From Candidatus Pacearchaeota archaeon (GTDB lineage Archaea > Nanobdellota > Nanobdellia > Pacearchaeales > GW2011-AR1), in the NCBI GenBank assembly GCA_050302495.1, contig JBNLBP010000001.1:191269-255268 (forward strand): DNA of 64,000 nt, given 5' to 3'. The notes beneath the pieces are model-generated. The model did no database searches and was not told the DNA's origin. It worked only from the letters and a program-made list of their open reading frames with translations. Each line of letters opens with the position of its first letter. Within the stretch, counting starts at the first letter, position 1. Of this stretch, positions 28,823-37,354 are shown piece by piece. A program made the translations under genes and the position numbers.

Positions 28823-28984
28823 ATGGCTATGAAAAAGAAAGCAGTGAAGAAAAAGATGCCTAAGAAAAAAATGGCTAAGAAGAAGATGGTGAAAAAGAAA
28901 GCCGTTAAGAAAAAAGCTGTTAAGAAAAAGGCTGTAAAAAAGAAAGCTGCAAAGAAAAAGACTGTTAAAAAGAAAAAGAGATAA
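28823..28984 (+). CDS. small lysine-rich basic protein with KKKAVKKK repeats (histone H1 tail-like)
   Basis: MAMKKKAVKKKMPKKKMAKKKMVKKKAVKKKAVKKKAVKKKAAKKKTVKKKKR. ATG at 28823 follows an SD-like AAGAGGTGG by 7 nt. The ORF-track start at 28790 is further upstream. Confidence 0.55.
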   Translation: MAMKKKAVKKKMPKKKMAKKKMVKKKAVKKKAVKKKAVKKKAAKKKTVKKKKR

Positions 28985-29052
28985 TTTGTTTTATTTTTTA
29001 TTTTATTAGTTTAATATGCAAATGAGCGATTTGGTTGCAATGATTTTGGTTT

Positions 29053-29667
29053 TTAGTCACCCTGTTTCAGGGTTGATTTTATTGTTTTTATTATAGTATT
29101 GTTTTTTGATTCTTTTTTTATTAATTTGTAATCGCTAGGTATTATCTTTGATTTGTTCTTGTTTATTTCTGTTAATTTTATATTATTTTTTGTTGTAGCT
29201 GTTATAAGAATTAATATGAAGGAATTAATTATTTTTTTGTTTTTTACTAAGTGTTCTAGTGATATTGAATTTATTTTTTTAAGTGATATGTCAACATTGT
29301 GTTTTTCTTTCATTATCCTTTTTGCTGCTGTTTCAATTTCCTCTCCTTGTAATAATCTTCCTCCAGGAAGACTTAGTAGATTTTTGTATGGTCTTTTTTC
29401 TCTTTTTTGGAGGAATGCTTCGTTTTTGTTCCCAATTAATATAAGTATTACAGGTAAGGTTGAATTCTTTTCAGATAGATAAGGTATTATATTTTCAGAC
29501 CCTTCGCTTAACTGGTAAAATTCTTTTTGTTTAGTGATTATTCCTTTTTTTAAGAGTTTTTTTAGGTGATAGTCTAGCTTGTTTGATCTTACTTTTAGAT
29601 ATTTTTCGATTTCGCTGAATTTTAATTTATTCTCTGTAAGAAAGAGTTTTAGTATTTCTTTTTCCAT
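29053..29667 (-). CDS. winged-HTH / Nudix-domain fusion protein (putative Nudix-related regulator)
   Basis: The N-terminal about 55 aa look like a wHTH (KFSEIEKYLKVRSNKLDYHLKKLLKKGII). A degenerate Nudix box follows (GGRLLQGEEIETAAKRIMKEKHNV; Gx5E ok, REx2EE degraded to RIx2EK). Confidence 0.55.
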   Translation of the reverse strand: MEKEILKLFLTENKLKFSEIEKYLKVRSNKLDYHLKKLLKKGIITKQKEFYQLSEGSENIIPYLSEKNSTLPVILILIGNKNEAFLQKREKRPYKNLLSLPGGRLLQGEEIETAAKRIMKEKHNVDISLKKINSISLEHLVKNKKIINSFILILITATTKNNIKLTEINKNKSKIIPSDYKLIKKESKNNTIIKTIKSTLKQGD

Positions 29668-29726
29668 TATCCTTAAGTCAATTTTTTTGAGGAATTATTT
29701 AAATATTATTGTGATAAAATTTTTCT

Positions 29727-30224
29727 ATGTCCAATAAAAATCTTACTCATTTTGTTGTTGTTACAGGAATAATTGTTAATCAAGAAGGTAAATTTTTGGT
29801 TGTTAAACGTGCTGATTGGGAAAAAGCTTTCCCTGGGAGGTGGACTGTTCCAGGAGGTAAGTTAGAAGTTTTAGATTATGTTCTTAGAAATAAAGATACT
29901 CCTCACCATTGGTATAATGTTTTGGAAGATTTGTTAAAAAAGGAAGTTAAGGAAGAGGTTGGACTTGAGATTCAAAACATAGATTATGTTACTAGCATGG
30001 TTTATATTCGTCCAGACAAGGTTCCTTGTTTGATTGTTAGTTTATTTGCTGAACTCCTTAAAGAAACAAATGTTAATCTGTGTAATGCTTTAATTGAATA
30101 TGCTTGGGTGAGCTTGGAAGAGGCTAAAAATTACGATTTAATTGAAGGAATTTATGATGAATTGGTCATTCTTGATAGAAAAATTAATGGTGAGAAAACT
30201 GTTTGGAAAGGTAACAATATATAA
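29727..30224 (+). CDS. Nudix hydrolase
   Basis: Nudix box GGKLEV...EDLLKKEVKEEVGLEI (E-x2-EE-x-G-u). Divergent from the wHTH-Nudix gene. Confidence 0.7.
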   Translation: MSNKNLTHFVVVTGIIVNQEGKFLVVKRADWEKAFPGRWTVPGGKLEVLDYVLRNKDTPHHWYNVLEDLLKKEVKEEVGLEIQNIDYVTSMVYIRPDKVPCLIVSLFAELLKETNVNLCNALIEYAWVSLEEAKNYDLIEGIYDELVILDRKINGEKTVWKGNNI

Positions 30225-30254
30225 TTTTTTAAACTTGTTTTGTTTTTTGGTTTT

Positions 30255-30602
30255 ATGGAAGATTGCATTTTTTGTAAGATAGCTTCTGGTGAAGTTACCT
30301 CAGATAAAATCTATGAAAATGATAGCTTTTTTTCTATGCCAGATAAAAATCAACAGATAGAAGGGCATAGTTTGGTTATATCAAAAAGACACTTTAAGAC
30401 TACTTTAGATATGCCTTCGACTGTTGGTACGGAGTTGTTGGATTGTGTTAAACAAACTGCTTTGAAAGTTTTAGACTCTGAGAAGGCCGATGGATTTAAT
30501 CTTGTTCAGAATAACTTTGAATCTGCAGGACAGGTGGTCAACCATGTTCATTTTCATATACTCCCTAGAAAGAAAGGTGGAAAAGTTCCAAGAGTTTACT
30601 GA
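30255..30602 (+). CDS. HIT family (histidine triad) nucleotide hydrolase/transferase
   Basis: CIFCKI N-terminus and HVHFHILPR histidine triad. Confidence 0.85.
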   Translation: MEDCIFCKIASGEVTSDKIYENDSFFSMPDKNQQIEGHSLVISKRHFKTTLDMPSTVGTELLDCVKQTALKVLDSEKADGFNLVQNNFESAGQVVNHVHFHILPRKKGGKVPRVY

Positions 30603-30667
30603 TTTTTGTGTTTAATTATAGAATAGTTCTAAAATATTATATTATTTTTTGTTTTGTATTTGTTGTG

Positions 30668-31447
30668 ATGTTTGATATCAATAAGTTGTCTCATGATGAA
30701 AGATTTGCTCTACTTTATGGAATAATGTTGGGAGATGGATGTTTGTCAAAATATGTTACAAAACAAAAAAGAACGATATTTGGCATATCAATCGTTTGTA
30801 ATTACTACGATGATATTCCTTTTATTAAAGAATTTGTAGCTCCAATAATAAATTCTTTGCGATCTGGGATGAAACCTTTGAGAATTATTAGAAGGCCTGA
30901 AAAAGGAACTGTTGAATTGTTCTTCTCTGATAAAAGTCTTTTTTGCAAAATTAATTCTTTAGGATTTCCTATTGGTAAGAAAGGAACAAAGATAATTATT
31001 CCTGGAGAATTCCATAGGAGAGATCTTGTCAAATATGTTATTCAAGGAATTTTTGCTACGGATGGTAGTTTGGTTTTAACAAAAAATCCTAACAAATTTT
31101 ATCCAAGATTGGAGGTCCATATGATTGCTCATGATTTGATAAGACAAATTCATGAATTCTTGATCGAGAATGGTTTTAATGGTAACATGTATGAATGCAA
31201 AAGGAATAAGGATGAGAGGGGATTTATTAAAATCTTCAAAAAGTTTCGTGTGCAGTTTAATGGGAAAAAGAATTTGATATTGTTTTATAAAAATATCGGA
31301 TTTGTTAATCCTAAACAACTGAAAAAATTCCAGGCATTTATGAGATATGATCGGAAATATCTTTCTTCTAAAAAGGAACTGTTTAATCGGGTAATTTTGA
31401 AAGATATGGCTGCACTGAGATTCGAACTCAGGACCTCAAGCTCATGA
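30668..31447 (+). CDS. LAGLIDADG homing endonuclease-like protein (double motif)
   Basis: LLYGIMLGDGCL and VIQGIFATDGSL motifs. First ATG at 30668; the ORF-track start at 30608 is GTG. The 3' end overlaps tRNA-Met on the opposite strand by 41 nt. Confidence 0.65.
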   Translation: MFDINKLSHDERFALLYGIMLGDGCLSKYVTKQKRTIFGISIVCNYYDDIPFIKEFVAPIINSLRSGMKPLRIIRRPEKGTVELFFSDKSLFCKINSLGFPIGKKGTKIIIPGEFHRRDLVKYVIQGIFATDGSLVLTKNPNKFYPRLEVHMIAHDLIRQIHEFLIENGFNGNMYECKRNKDERGFIKIFKKFRVQFNGKKNLILFYKNIGFVNPKQLKKFQAFMRYDRKYLSSKKELFNRVILKDMAALRFELRTSSS

Positions 31448-31479
31448 GACTTGCGCTCTACCAACTGAGCTATGCAGCC
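31407..31479 (-). tRNA. tRNA-Met (anticodon CAT; elongator, or Ile2-type)
   Basis: Reverse complement GGCTGCA-TA-GCTC-AGTTGGTA-GAGC-G-CAAGT-CTCATGA-GCTTG-AGGTC-CTGAG-TTCGAAT-CTCAG-TGCAGCC-A. G1-C72 argues against an initiator. Confidence 0.85.
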
Positions 31480-31503
31480 TTAATTTATAGAGATCTACCT
31501 ACC

Positions 31504-31511
31504 TTTAAAAG
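31504..31511 (-). promoter_or_regulatory. TATA-like box for tRNA-Met
   Basis: TTTTAAAG on the minus strand, centred about 28 nt upstream. Confidence 0.35.
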
Positions 31512-31526
31512 TTTAAGGTTTTAGAA

Positions 31527-31733
31527 TTATTTAACTTCAAGCTCTGCCTTTTTTATGGCTTCTTGCCTTTTCATTCTAGAAATTAATCCTGCTGTTTTGT
31601 TTCTAAGCTTCTTACTTGGCATTGTATCTCCAAGTATCTTTTTGTTAGTTTCAAAATCTTCTGTAAATGGTAGTCCTTCTTTTATTAGAGTCTCTGAAGT
31701 ACTTCTCATCATCTTTGATTTTATCTTTCCCAT
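31527..31733 (-). CDS. rps17e: 30S ribosomal protein S17e
   Basis: MGKIKSKMMRSTSETLIKEGLPFTEDFETNKK matches the conserved S17e N-terminus (DFETNKK). Confidence 0.8.
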   Translation of the reverse strand: MGKIKSKMMRSTSETLIKEGLPFTEDFETNKKILGDTMPSKKLRNKTAGLISRMKRQEAIKKAELEVK

Positions 31734-31771
31734 GATTAATTCTAAACTATTTCGTTTTTAAAGCTTTCTTA

Positions 31772-32674
31772 TCAAATTTTTTGTATATCTGACATGTTTT
31801 TTAGTGCCTCAATTAGGTTTATTGTCTTTTTTAGAGGTTCTGCAGTGCTTAGTATTGCGTACTTTAGGTTTAAGTCCTGTGCTTTTTTGTTTGCTGCAAT
31901 TATCTCTTTTTCTCCTGCTTTCTTTTTGTAGGCCACGAGTAATTGTTCTTCTTGGTTTTTTCTTACTTTAAATGTTAATTCAGATTTCCCTATTGAAACT
32001 AGGTCTATAATTTCTATGTTATTTTGCGAAAGGTATTCTTTTACCATATTAAAGAATTTATCATCTTGTTTGCTTGCGGTTTTCTTTTTAGAGGTTTTTT
32101 TTGGTTTATCCTTTTTTTCTTTGGGTTCTTCTTTCTCAAATATGTCTAATTCCTCTTTTTTGCTTTCTTGAGAGGGATTTTCTTTTATTTTTGGTTCTTG
32201 AGTTTCTTTAGGTTTTTGGATTTCTTCTCTTTTTTCTTCGGGATTCTTATCTGGGATCCTTACTTCTTCTTCCGATGCTATAAAATACTTCCAATACAAT
32301 TCATTATTCTTCTCTTGAGGTATTGCAAAATCTCTTATTTCTCGCAACGCAACACGTATTGCTGGTTCTTGTTCAGTATCCTTTAGAATTTTATTTTCTT
32401 GGAGTTTTATGAAAGCTTCTTTTTCTTTGCTTTTTAGGTATTTTATTGCAAAACTTTCTAATTGAGACTCTTGTCCTGGAATGTAGTATATGGGAGAACT
32501 TCCTACTTTCATATTAGTTATTTTAATTTGCTTTTCTGAGAGTAGTTCTGAGAGGAATGCGGAAGTGAATAGAATGCTTGTTTGTATTTCGCTGGCTATG
32601 GGCGATGGAAAACCTGGGCCTTTTGCGTTCAGAATTGAAATTATCCTCTCTTTTATTTTGTTTGTATCAAGCAT
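31772..32674 (-). CDS. hypothetical winged-helix protein with long charged K/E linker
   Basis: N-terminal wH-like segment (ISILNAKGPGF...KVGSSPIYYIPGQ), central KEKKDKPKK low-complexity region, and a conserved-looking C-terminal domain. Confidence 0.5.
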   Translation of the reverse strand: MLDTNKIKERIISILNAKGPGFPSPIASEIQTSILFTSAFLSELLSEKQIKITNMKVGSSPIYYIPGQESQLESFAIKYLKSKEKEAFIKLQENKILKDTEQEPAIRVALREIRDFAIPQEKNNELYWKYFIASEEEVRIPDKNPEEKREEIQKPKETQEPKIKENPSQESKKEELDIFEKEEPKEKKDKPKKTSKKKTASKQDDKFFNMVKEYLSQNNIEIIDLVSIGKSELTFKVRKNQEEQLLVAYKKKAGEKEIIAANKKAQDLNLKYAILSTAEPLKKTINLIEALKNMSDIQKI

Positions 32675-32744
32675 AATCTAGAAAAATTATTCTGTGTTAT
32701 AAATATTTGGTTAATTTTATAAATAGTTCTTATTTCTGGATTTT

Positions 32745-33140
32745 ATGGATGTAAAAGATGAAGATTATTACGGGGATTTGATCTTGGATTTAAATCGAAG
32801 TATGGAGGAAAGAATTCAGGGCGCTTTTCAGCTTGAAAATGCTAAAAAAGAAGAGAATCTTATGAAATTGGTTAAAGGTTTATTTACTGATCCTTCTCCT
32901 ATTGTTCGGCATGAATTTGCCTTTTCTTTGGGTGAAACGGGTAGAGGAGATCTTATTGGGAAATATTTGATGAAATCTGTTGAAGAAGATTATAATTTGT
33001 TTGTGAGGCATGAGGCAATATTGGCCTTATCTACTTTAGGAGATAAAGATTTCATTCCGTTTGTTAAGAAATTTTTAGATGCTCCAGAGAAGGAGATGTC
33101 AGAGAGTGCGGAGATTGCTTTGCAGAGACTTGAGAGCTAG
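32745..33140 (+). CDS. HEAT-repeat protein (PBS-lyase-like repeats)
   Basis: Repeated VRHEFAFSLGETG / VRHEAILALSTLGD units typical of PBS-lyase HEAT repeats. 4-nt overlap with convergent endA. Confidence 0.55.
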   Translation: MDVKDEDYYGDLILDLNRSMEERIQGAFQLENAKKEENLMKLVKGLFTDPSPIVRHEFAFSLGETGRGDLIGKYLMKSVEEDYNLFVRHEAILALSTLGDKDFIPFVKKFLDAPEKEMSESAEIALQRLES

Positions 33141-33661
33141 GTTCTAATCCACCTAATTTCGTAATAAGAAATATCGGATTCTTCATCAACTATTGCAATT
33201 AGTAAGTTCTTTTTTGTGCTATGCGCTACACGGTTTTTTGCAGAGAATTCATGCCATGAAAATTTCTTTGATTCGTGTTCGCAGAAAACAATCCACTTTG
33301 AATGTTGGTTTTTTTGTCCTACTTTCACGCCTTTTGGATACACTCTGAAATCTGCTCCAAATTTTAATGCTGTTTTTACTACATATCCTTTTTCTCTTAA
33401 ATCCTTGAATACAGGATATTTTAGTTGAATTCTTGAATCTATTCTTTTTATTTTGTTGAACAATTCGTTGTGACTTAGCACTTTATTTTTTTGTAACACC
33501 TCAATTTTATTTTTTTCTAAAAGATATAATGCTTCTGATAAAGTATATTGTATTTTTTGTCCAGATTGTTCTCCGAATTGAGATTTCTTTTGTAACGTGA
33601 ATGCTTCTGATTCGTTTGTGGAGATTGTTTCTCCAATTAAGTGTGCTTGAATCTTTTTCAT
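33137..33661 (-). CDS. endA: tRNA-splicing endonuclease (EndA)
   Basis: C-terminal catalytic domain ALKFGADFRVYPKG...HSKWIV (conserved Y-H-K arrangement of archaeal EndA). 174 aa. Confidence 0.8.
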   Translation of the reverse strand: MKKIQAHLIGETISTNESEAFTLQKKSQFGEQSGQKIQYTLSEALYLLEKNKIEVLQKNKVLSHNELFNKIKRIDSRIQLKYPVFKDLREKGYVVKTALKFGADFRVYPKGVKVGQKNQHSKWIVFCEHESKKFSWHEFSAKNRVAHSTKKNLLIAIVDEESDISYYEIRWIRT

Positions 33662-33734
33662 ATATAGTATATATTAGGAGAATATTTAAAAGTTGTGAAG
33701 TGAAGTTATTACTTCTTTTAGGAAGTTTTTTAAA

Positions 33735-34052
33735 TTGGAGGTTTGTGGAAAAATTATGAAACTTTATAATATTGTGTGTGAAGATGAAGATGTTAAGAAG
33801 GCTTTAGAAGTATTGCCAGATTCTACTATTGGCGAATTTGTTGCAGGTAATGCAAGATATTCTAAAGATTTATCAGAAGTTGTTGTTTTTATGAATGAGG
33901 CTTTTGATAGCATGAAGTTTCCGAAACTTTCTACTAAGAATAGGTTTTATCGTAAAAATTCTCCGGAAGGTAAATATAATGAATTTCGGTTCACTTATCT
34001 TGACACAAATTATATCTTTTTGGATAGAACAGAGATAAGTAAAGCAAAATAA
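33735..34052 (+). CDS. hypothetical protein
   Basis: 105-aa ORF divergent from endA. No recognisable motifs. Confidence 0.4.
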   Translation: MEVCGKIMKLYNIVCEDEDVKKALEVLPDSTIGEFVAGNARYSKDLSEVVVFMNEAFDSMKFPKLSTKNRFYRKNSPEGKYNEFRFTYLDTNYIFLDRTEISKAK

Positions 34053-34097
34053 TCTCTGAACAATAATTTATTAAATCATTAATTCTATCCTATATAC

Positions 34098-36599
34098 ATG
34101 CCAGAGTCTAATAAAATTAATTTTGCAAAAATAGAACAAAAGTGGCAGAAACGTTGGGCTGATAAGAAAGCTTTTGAAGTTAAAGAGCCTCGAACGCCGG
34201 CGGGCACGAAGAAACCTAAATTTTATGTTCTTGAAATGTTTCCTTATCCTTCAGGTAGTGGTTTGCATATGGGACATGCCTGGAATTATTCAATTGGAGA
34301 TGTTTTTGCAAGATTTAAATTAATGCAAGGGTTTAATGTTCTCCATCCTATGGGTTATGATGCTTTAGGGCTTCCTGCAGAGAATGCTGCTATTAAAGAT
34401 GGGACTCATCCTGAAGATTATACTAAGAAATCTATGAAACATTTTATGAAGCAACAGAAGATGCTTGGATTGAGTTATGATTGGTCTAGAATAATTAATA
34501 CTTCAAGTCCGGATTATTATAAGTGGGATCAATGGATTTTCCTTAAGATGTTAGAAAAGGGTTTGGCTTATCAAAAAGAAGCTTCTGTTAATTGGTGCCC
34601 TTCTTGTAAGACTGTTTTGGCAAATGAACAGGCCCAAACTGGTAATTGTGAAAGATGCGGGACAAAAGTGGAATTGAAGACTTTGAGACAGTGGTTTTTT
34701 AAGATTACAGATTACGCTGAAGAACTTTTAGATAAGATTGATGATTTGGATTGGCCTTCGAGAACCAAAGCAATGCAGAAAAATTGGATAGGAAAGAGCT
34801 ATGGTGCTGAGATTGATTTTGAGATAGAGAGTTTTGGAAAGTTTCCAGTATTTACAACAAGACCAGATACTATTTATGGAGTTACATTTATGGTAATTTC
34901 TGCACAGCATCCTAAATTGATGGATATTGTTGCAAACTCTGAGAAAAAGAAAGTTGAAGCGTTTTTGAAGAGAGTTAAAGGTGTTTCAGAGAAGCAGATG
35001 GAGGATATGGAGAAAGAAGGAATTTTTACTGGAAGTTATGCAATTAATCCTGTAACTAATGAGAAAGTTCCAGTTTATGCAGGAAATTTTGTTGTGGCTG
35101 ATTACGGTTCTGGGATGGTGATGGCTGTTCCCGCGCATGATCAAAGGGATTTCGAATTTGCTAAGAAATATGAAATTCCTATAAAAGTTGTAATTGATCC
35201 TGTTGGTCAGGAAATTGAAAAGCCTGAGAAAATGACTCATGCTTATACTGAAAAAGGCAACCTAATTAATTCTGGGGAATTTAGTGGTTTGGAGAATTCT
35301 GATGCAAAGAAAAAGATTGTTGCATTTTTAGAAAGGAAGAAAATTGGGAGAAACAAAGTTCAGTTTAAGTTAAGAGATTGGTTAATTTCTAGGCAGAGAT
35401 ATTGGGGAACTCCGATACCCGTTGTGTATTGCAATGATTGTGGTGTTGTTGCGGTTAAGGAGAAAGATCTTCCAGTTAAGCTTCCTAAAGAGGTTAAATT
35501 TGGGGAAGGAAATCCTTTGTTGACTAATGATAAATGGGTTAAAACAAAATGCCCTAATTGTGGAAATAAAGATTCTAAAAGAGAAACTGATACTATGGAT
35601 ACTTTTGTTAATTCCTCGTGGTATTTTTTGAGATATGCAGATAGCAAAAATGATAAGAAAATTTTTGATCCTAAAAAGGTAGATTATTGGTGTCCGATCG
35701 ATCAATATATTGGGGGGGCTGAACATGCTTGTATGCATCTGATTTATTTCCGATTTTATACTAAATTCTTGAGAGATTTAGGTTTGTTGAAATTTGATGA
35801 ACCTGCAATTAAATTATTTCATCAGGGTATGTTGCACGGCGAGGATGGAGATAAAATGAGTAAATCTAAAGGAAATGTTGTTTTGCCTGAAACTGTTTCT
35901 GAGAAGTATGGAATTGATACAGCAAGAATGTTTTTGATTTCTGTAGCGTCTCCAGATAAAGATATTGATTGGAGTGAGAAAGGTATTGACGGAAGTTTGA
36001 AATTTATAAATAAATTATTTGATTTTTTTTCAAGAGTTGAGTTAACTAAGAAATCAAGCCCTAAGATTGAAAGTAAGTTGAATAAAATAATAAAAGAAGT
36101 TACAAATCAGATTGAGAGTTTCAAATACAATCTTGCAATCATAAAAGTAAGGGAACTGTTTAATACTTTGTTTGATGGAGGGGAAGTTTCAAAAGATGTT
36201 CTTGAGAAGAGTTTGAAATTATTGAGTCCTTTCTGCCCACATGTTTCAGAAGAGCTTTGGGAAAAGATTAAGGGCAAAGGTTTCATTAGTCTCAGTGAGT
36301 GGCCTAAGCCAGAAGATAACAAAATAGATGAACGTTTTGAGAAGCAGGATGAAGCTGTTGAGAAACTAGTTGGAGATATAATTAACATAAATAAAATTGT
36401 TGAAAGTAAGGGAGAATCTAAAGAAAATGTTTATGTCTATGTTCTTCCAAATGAATTAGATTTCTTTTCAGATGAGGAGATTAGTAAGAGGATTGGAAAA
36501 CCAGTTAAGGTTTATGCTGTTAACGATAAAGATAAATATGATCCAAATAATATTTCTAAGAAGGCTAAACCTCATAAGCCAGGTATTTATTTTGAATAA
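34098..36599 (+). CDS. leuS: leucyl-tRNA synthetase (archaeal type)
   Basis: HIGH motif (PYPSGSGLHMGHAWNY), KMSKS motif (KMSKSKGN), CP1 editing-domain signatures, and an archaeal-type C-terminus. Confidence 0.9.
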   Translation: MPESNKINFAKIEQKWQKRWADKKAFEVKEPRTPAGTKKPKFYVLEMFPYPSGSGLHMGHAWNYSIGDVFARFKLMQGFNVLHPMGYDALGLPAENAAIKDGTHPEDYTKKSMKHFMKQQKMLGLSYDWSRIINTSSPDYYKWDQWIFLKMLEKGLAYQKEASVNWCPSCKTVLANEQAQTGNCERCGTKVELKTLRQWFFKITDYAEELLDKIDDLDWPSRTKAMQKNWIGKSYGAEIDFEIESFGKFPVFTTRPDTIYGVTFMVISAQHPKLMDIVANSEKKKVEAFLKRVKGVSEKQMEDMEKEGIFTGSYAINPVTNEKVPVYAGNFVVADYGSGMVMAVPAHDQRDFEFAKKYEIPIKVVIDPVGQEIEKPEKMTHAYTEKGNLINSGEFSGLENSDAKKKIVAFLERKKIGRNKVQFKLRDWLISRQRYWGTPIPVVYCNDCGVVAVKEKDLPVKLPKEVKFGEGNPLLTNDKWVKTKCPNCGNKDSKRETDTMDTFVNSSWYFLRYADSKNDKKIFDPKKVDYWCPIDQYIGGAEHACMHLIYFRFYTKFLRDLGLLKFDEPAIKLFHQGMLHGEDGDKMSKSKGNVVLPETVSEKYGIDTARMFLISVASPDKDIDWSEKGIDGSLKFINKLFDFFSRVELTKKSSPKIESKLNKIIKEVTNQIESFKYNLAIIKVRELFNTLFDGGEVSKDVLEKSLKLLSPFCPHVSEELWEKIKGKGFISLSEWPKPEDNKIDERFEKQDEAVEKLVGDIININKIVESKGESKENVYVYVLPNELDFFSDEEISKRIGKPVKVYAVNDKDKYDPNNISKKAKPHKPGIYFE

Positions 36600-36663
36600 A
36601 GGTTATCTCTTTTTTATTTTGATTTCTAAAAGGTAAGTTGTAGGAAAATTTATAAATCCTTCT

Positions 36664-37290
36664 TTGACACTACTTATTATGGGAATGGATAAAGCCTGGT
36701 CGCTTGTGAAAGAAAATGATTCTTTTAGTTATAGAGAATTTAATTTTACTTCTTTTGTAGATTATAATGATTCTCTAATTGCAAAAATCGAACGTGAAAA
36801 CTTTAGTGAAATTAATGGTTTGTATAAAGTTGTTCTTGATAAATTTAAGGAGCATTCAGAAAAGATTGAATCTAGAATTCAATCGATGCCTAAAAGATTT
36901 TTAGATGATATTTCCCTTAATGATTCTTTTGTTTCTAAAAAACAAAACAAGGAATATTTTTTCAAAAATATTAAATTGGAATCCAGTGCAACTACAGATA
37001 ATTTGGTTTCAGAATTTAGCAAATTAGGTTATGTTCCTGTAGATTTGCACCAAATGTTAGAAGCTAGTAAAGTTTTTCCCCATATAAAAAAAGACACTGG
37101 GGGTTTGTGGAGTTTGTTGCCTGCTTTTAATTATAAGCATGATTTGTGGTTGCCCTTTTTAGCAAATGTTTCTATGTATGATCAAGACAATTCTTCTTTA
37201 GGTGTTGCATGTAGAACCCCGAAAGAAATTGAGGAAAGAAGTTGGGTTCCTGGGAGAGGTTCTGAGAAATTTGTTTTTGTCAAAAAGTAG
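36664..37290 (+). CDS. hypothetical protein
   Basis: 208-aa ORF. No recognisable motifs. Confidence 0.45.
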   Translation: MTLLIMGMDKAWSLVKENDSFSYREFNFTSFVDYNDSLIAKIERENFSEINGLYKVVLDKFKEHSEKIESRIQSMPKRFLDDISLNDSFVSKKQNKEYFFKNIKLESSATTDNLVSEFSKLGYVPVDLHQMLEASKVFPHIKKDTGGLWSLLPAFNYKHDLWLPFLANVSMYDQDNSSLGVACRTPKEIEERSWVPGRGSEKFVFVKK

Positions 37291-37354
37291 ATTTCTTGAA
37301 TTGAATTTATTTTGAATAATTAACTTTTTATAATCCATTTATGTTTCTTAGATT

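Noticed and set aside
28840-28980. Tandem 24-nt DNA repeats (AAGAAAGCnGTnAAGAAAAAG) that could be mistaken for a CRISPR or minisatellite array
   Set aside because: The repeats are in-frame coding repeats for the KKKAVKKK protein. There are no spacers of unique sequence, no leader, and no cas genes.
29058-29075. Perfect hairpin ACCCTG-TTT-CAGGGT, read as a possible bidirectional terminator
   Set aside because: It lies inside the last codons of the wHTH-Nudix gene (which ends at 29053), so it is coding sequence rather than an intergenic terminator. It may still influence the transcript 3' end.
31555-32681. Plus-strand ORFs 31555-31761, 32168-32386, 32490-32681
   Set aside because: Antisense to rps17e and to the 300-aa wH protein gene. 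Repetitive F/L-rich translations.
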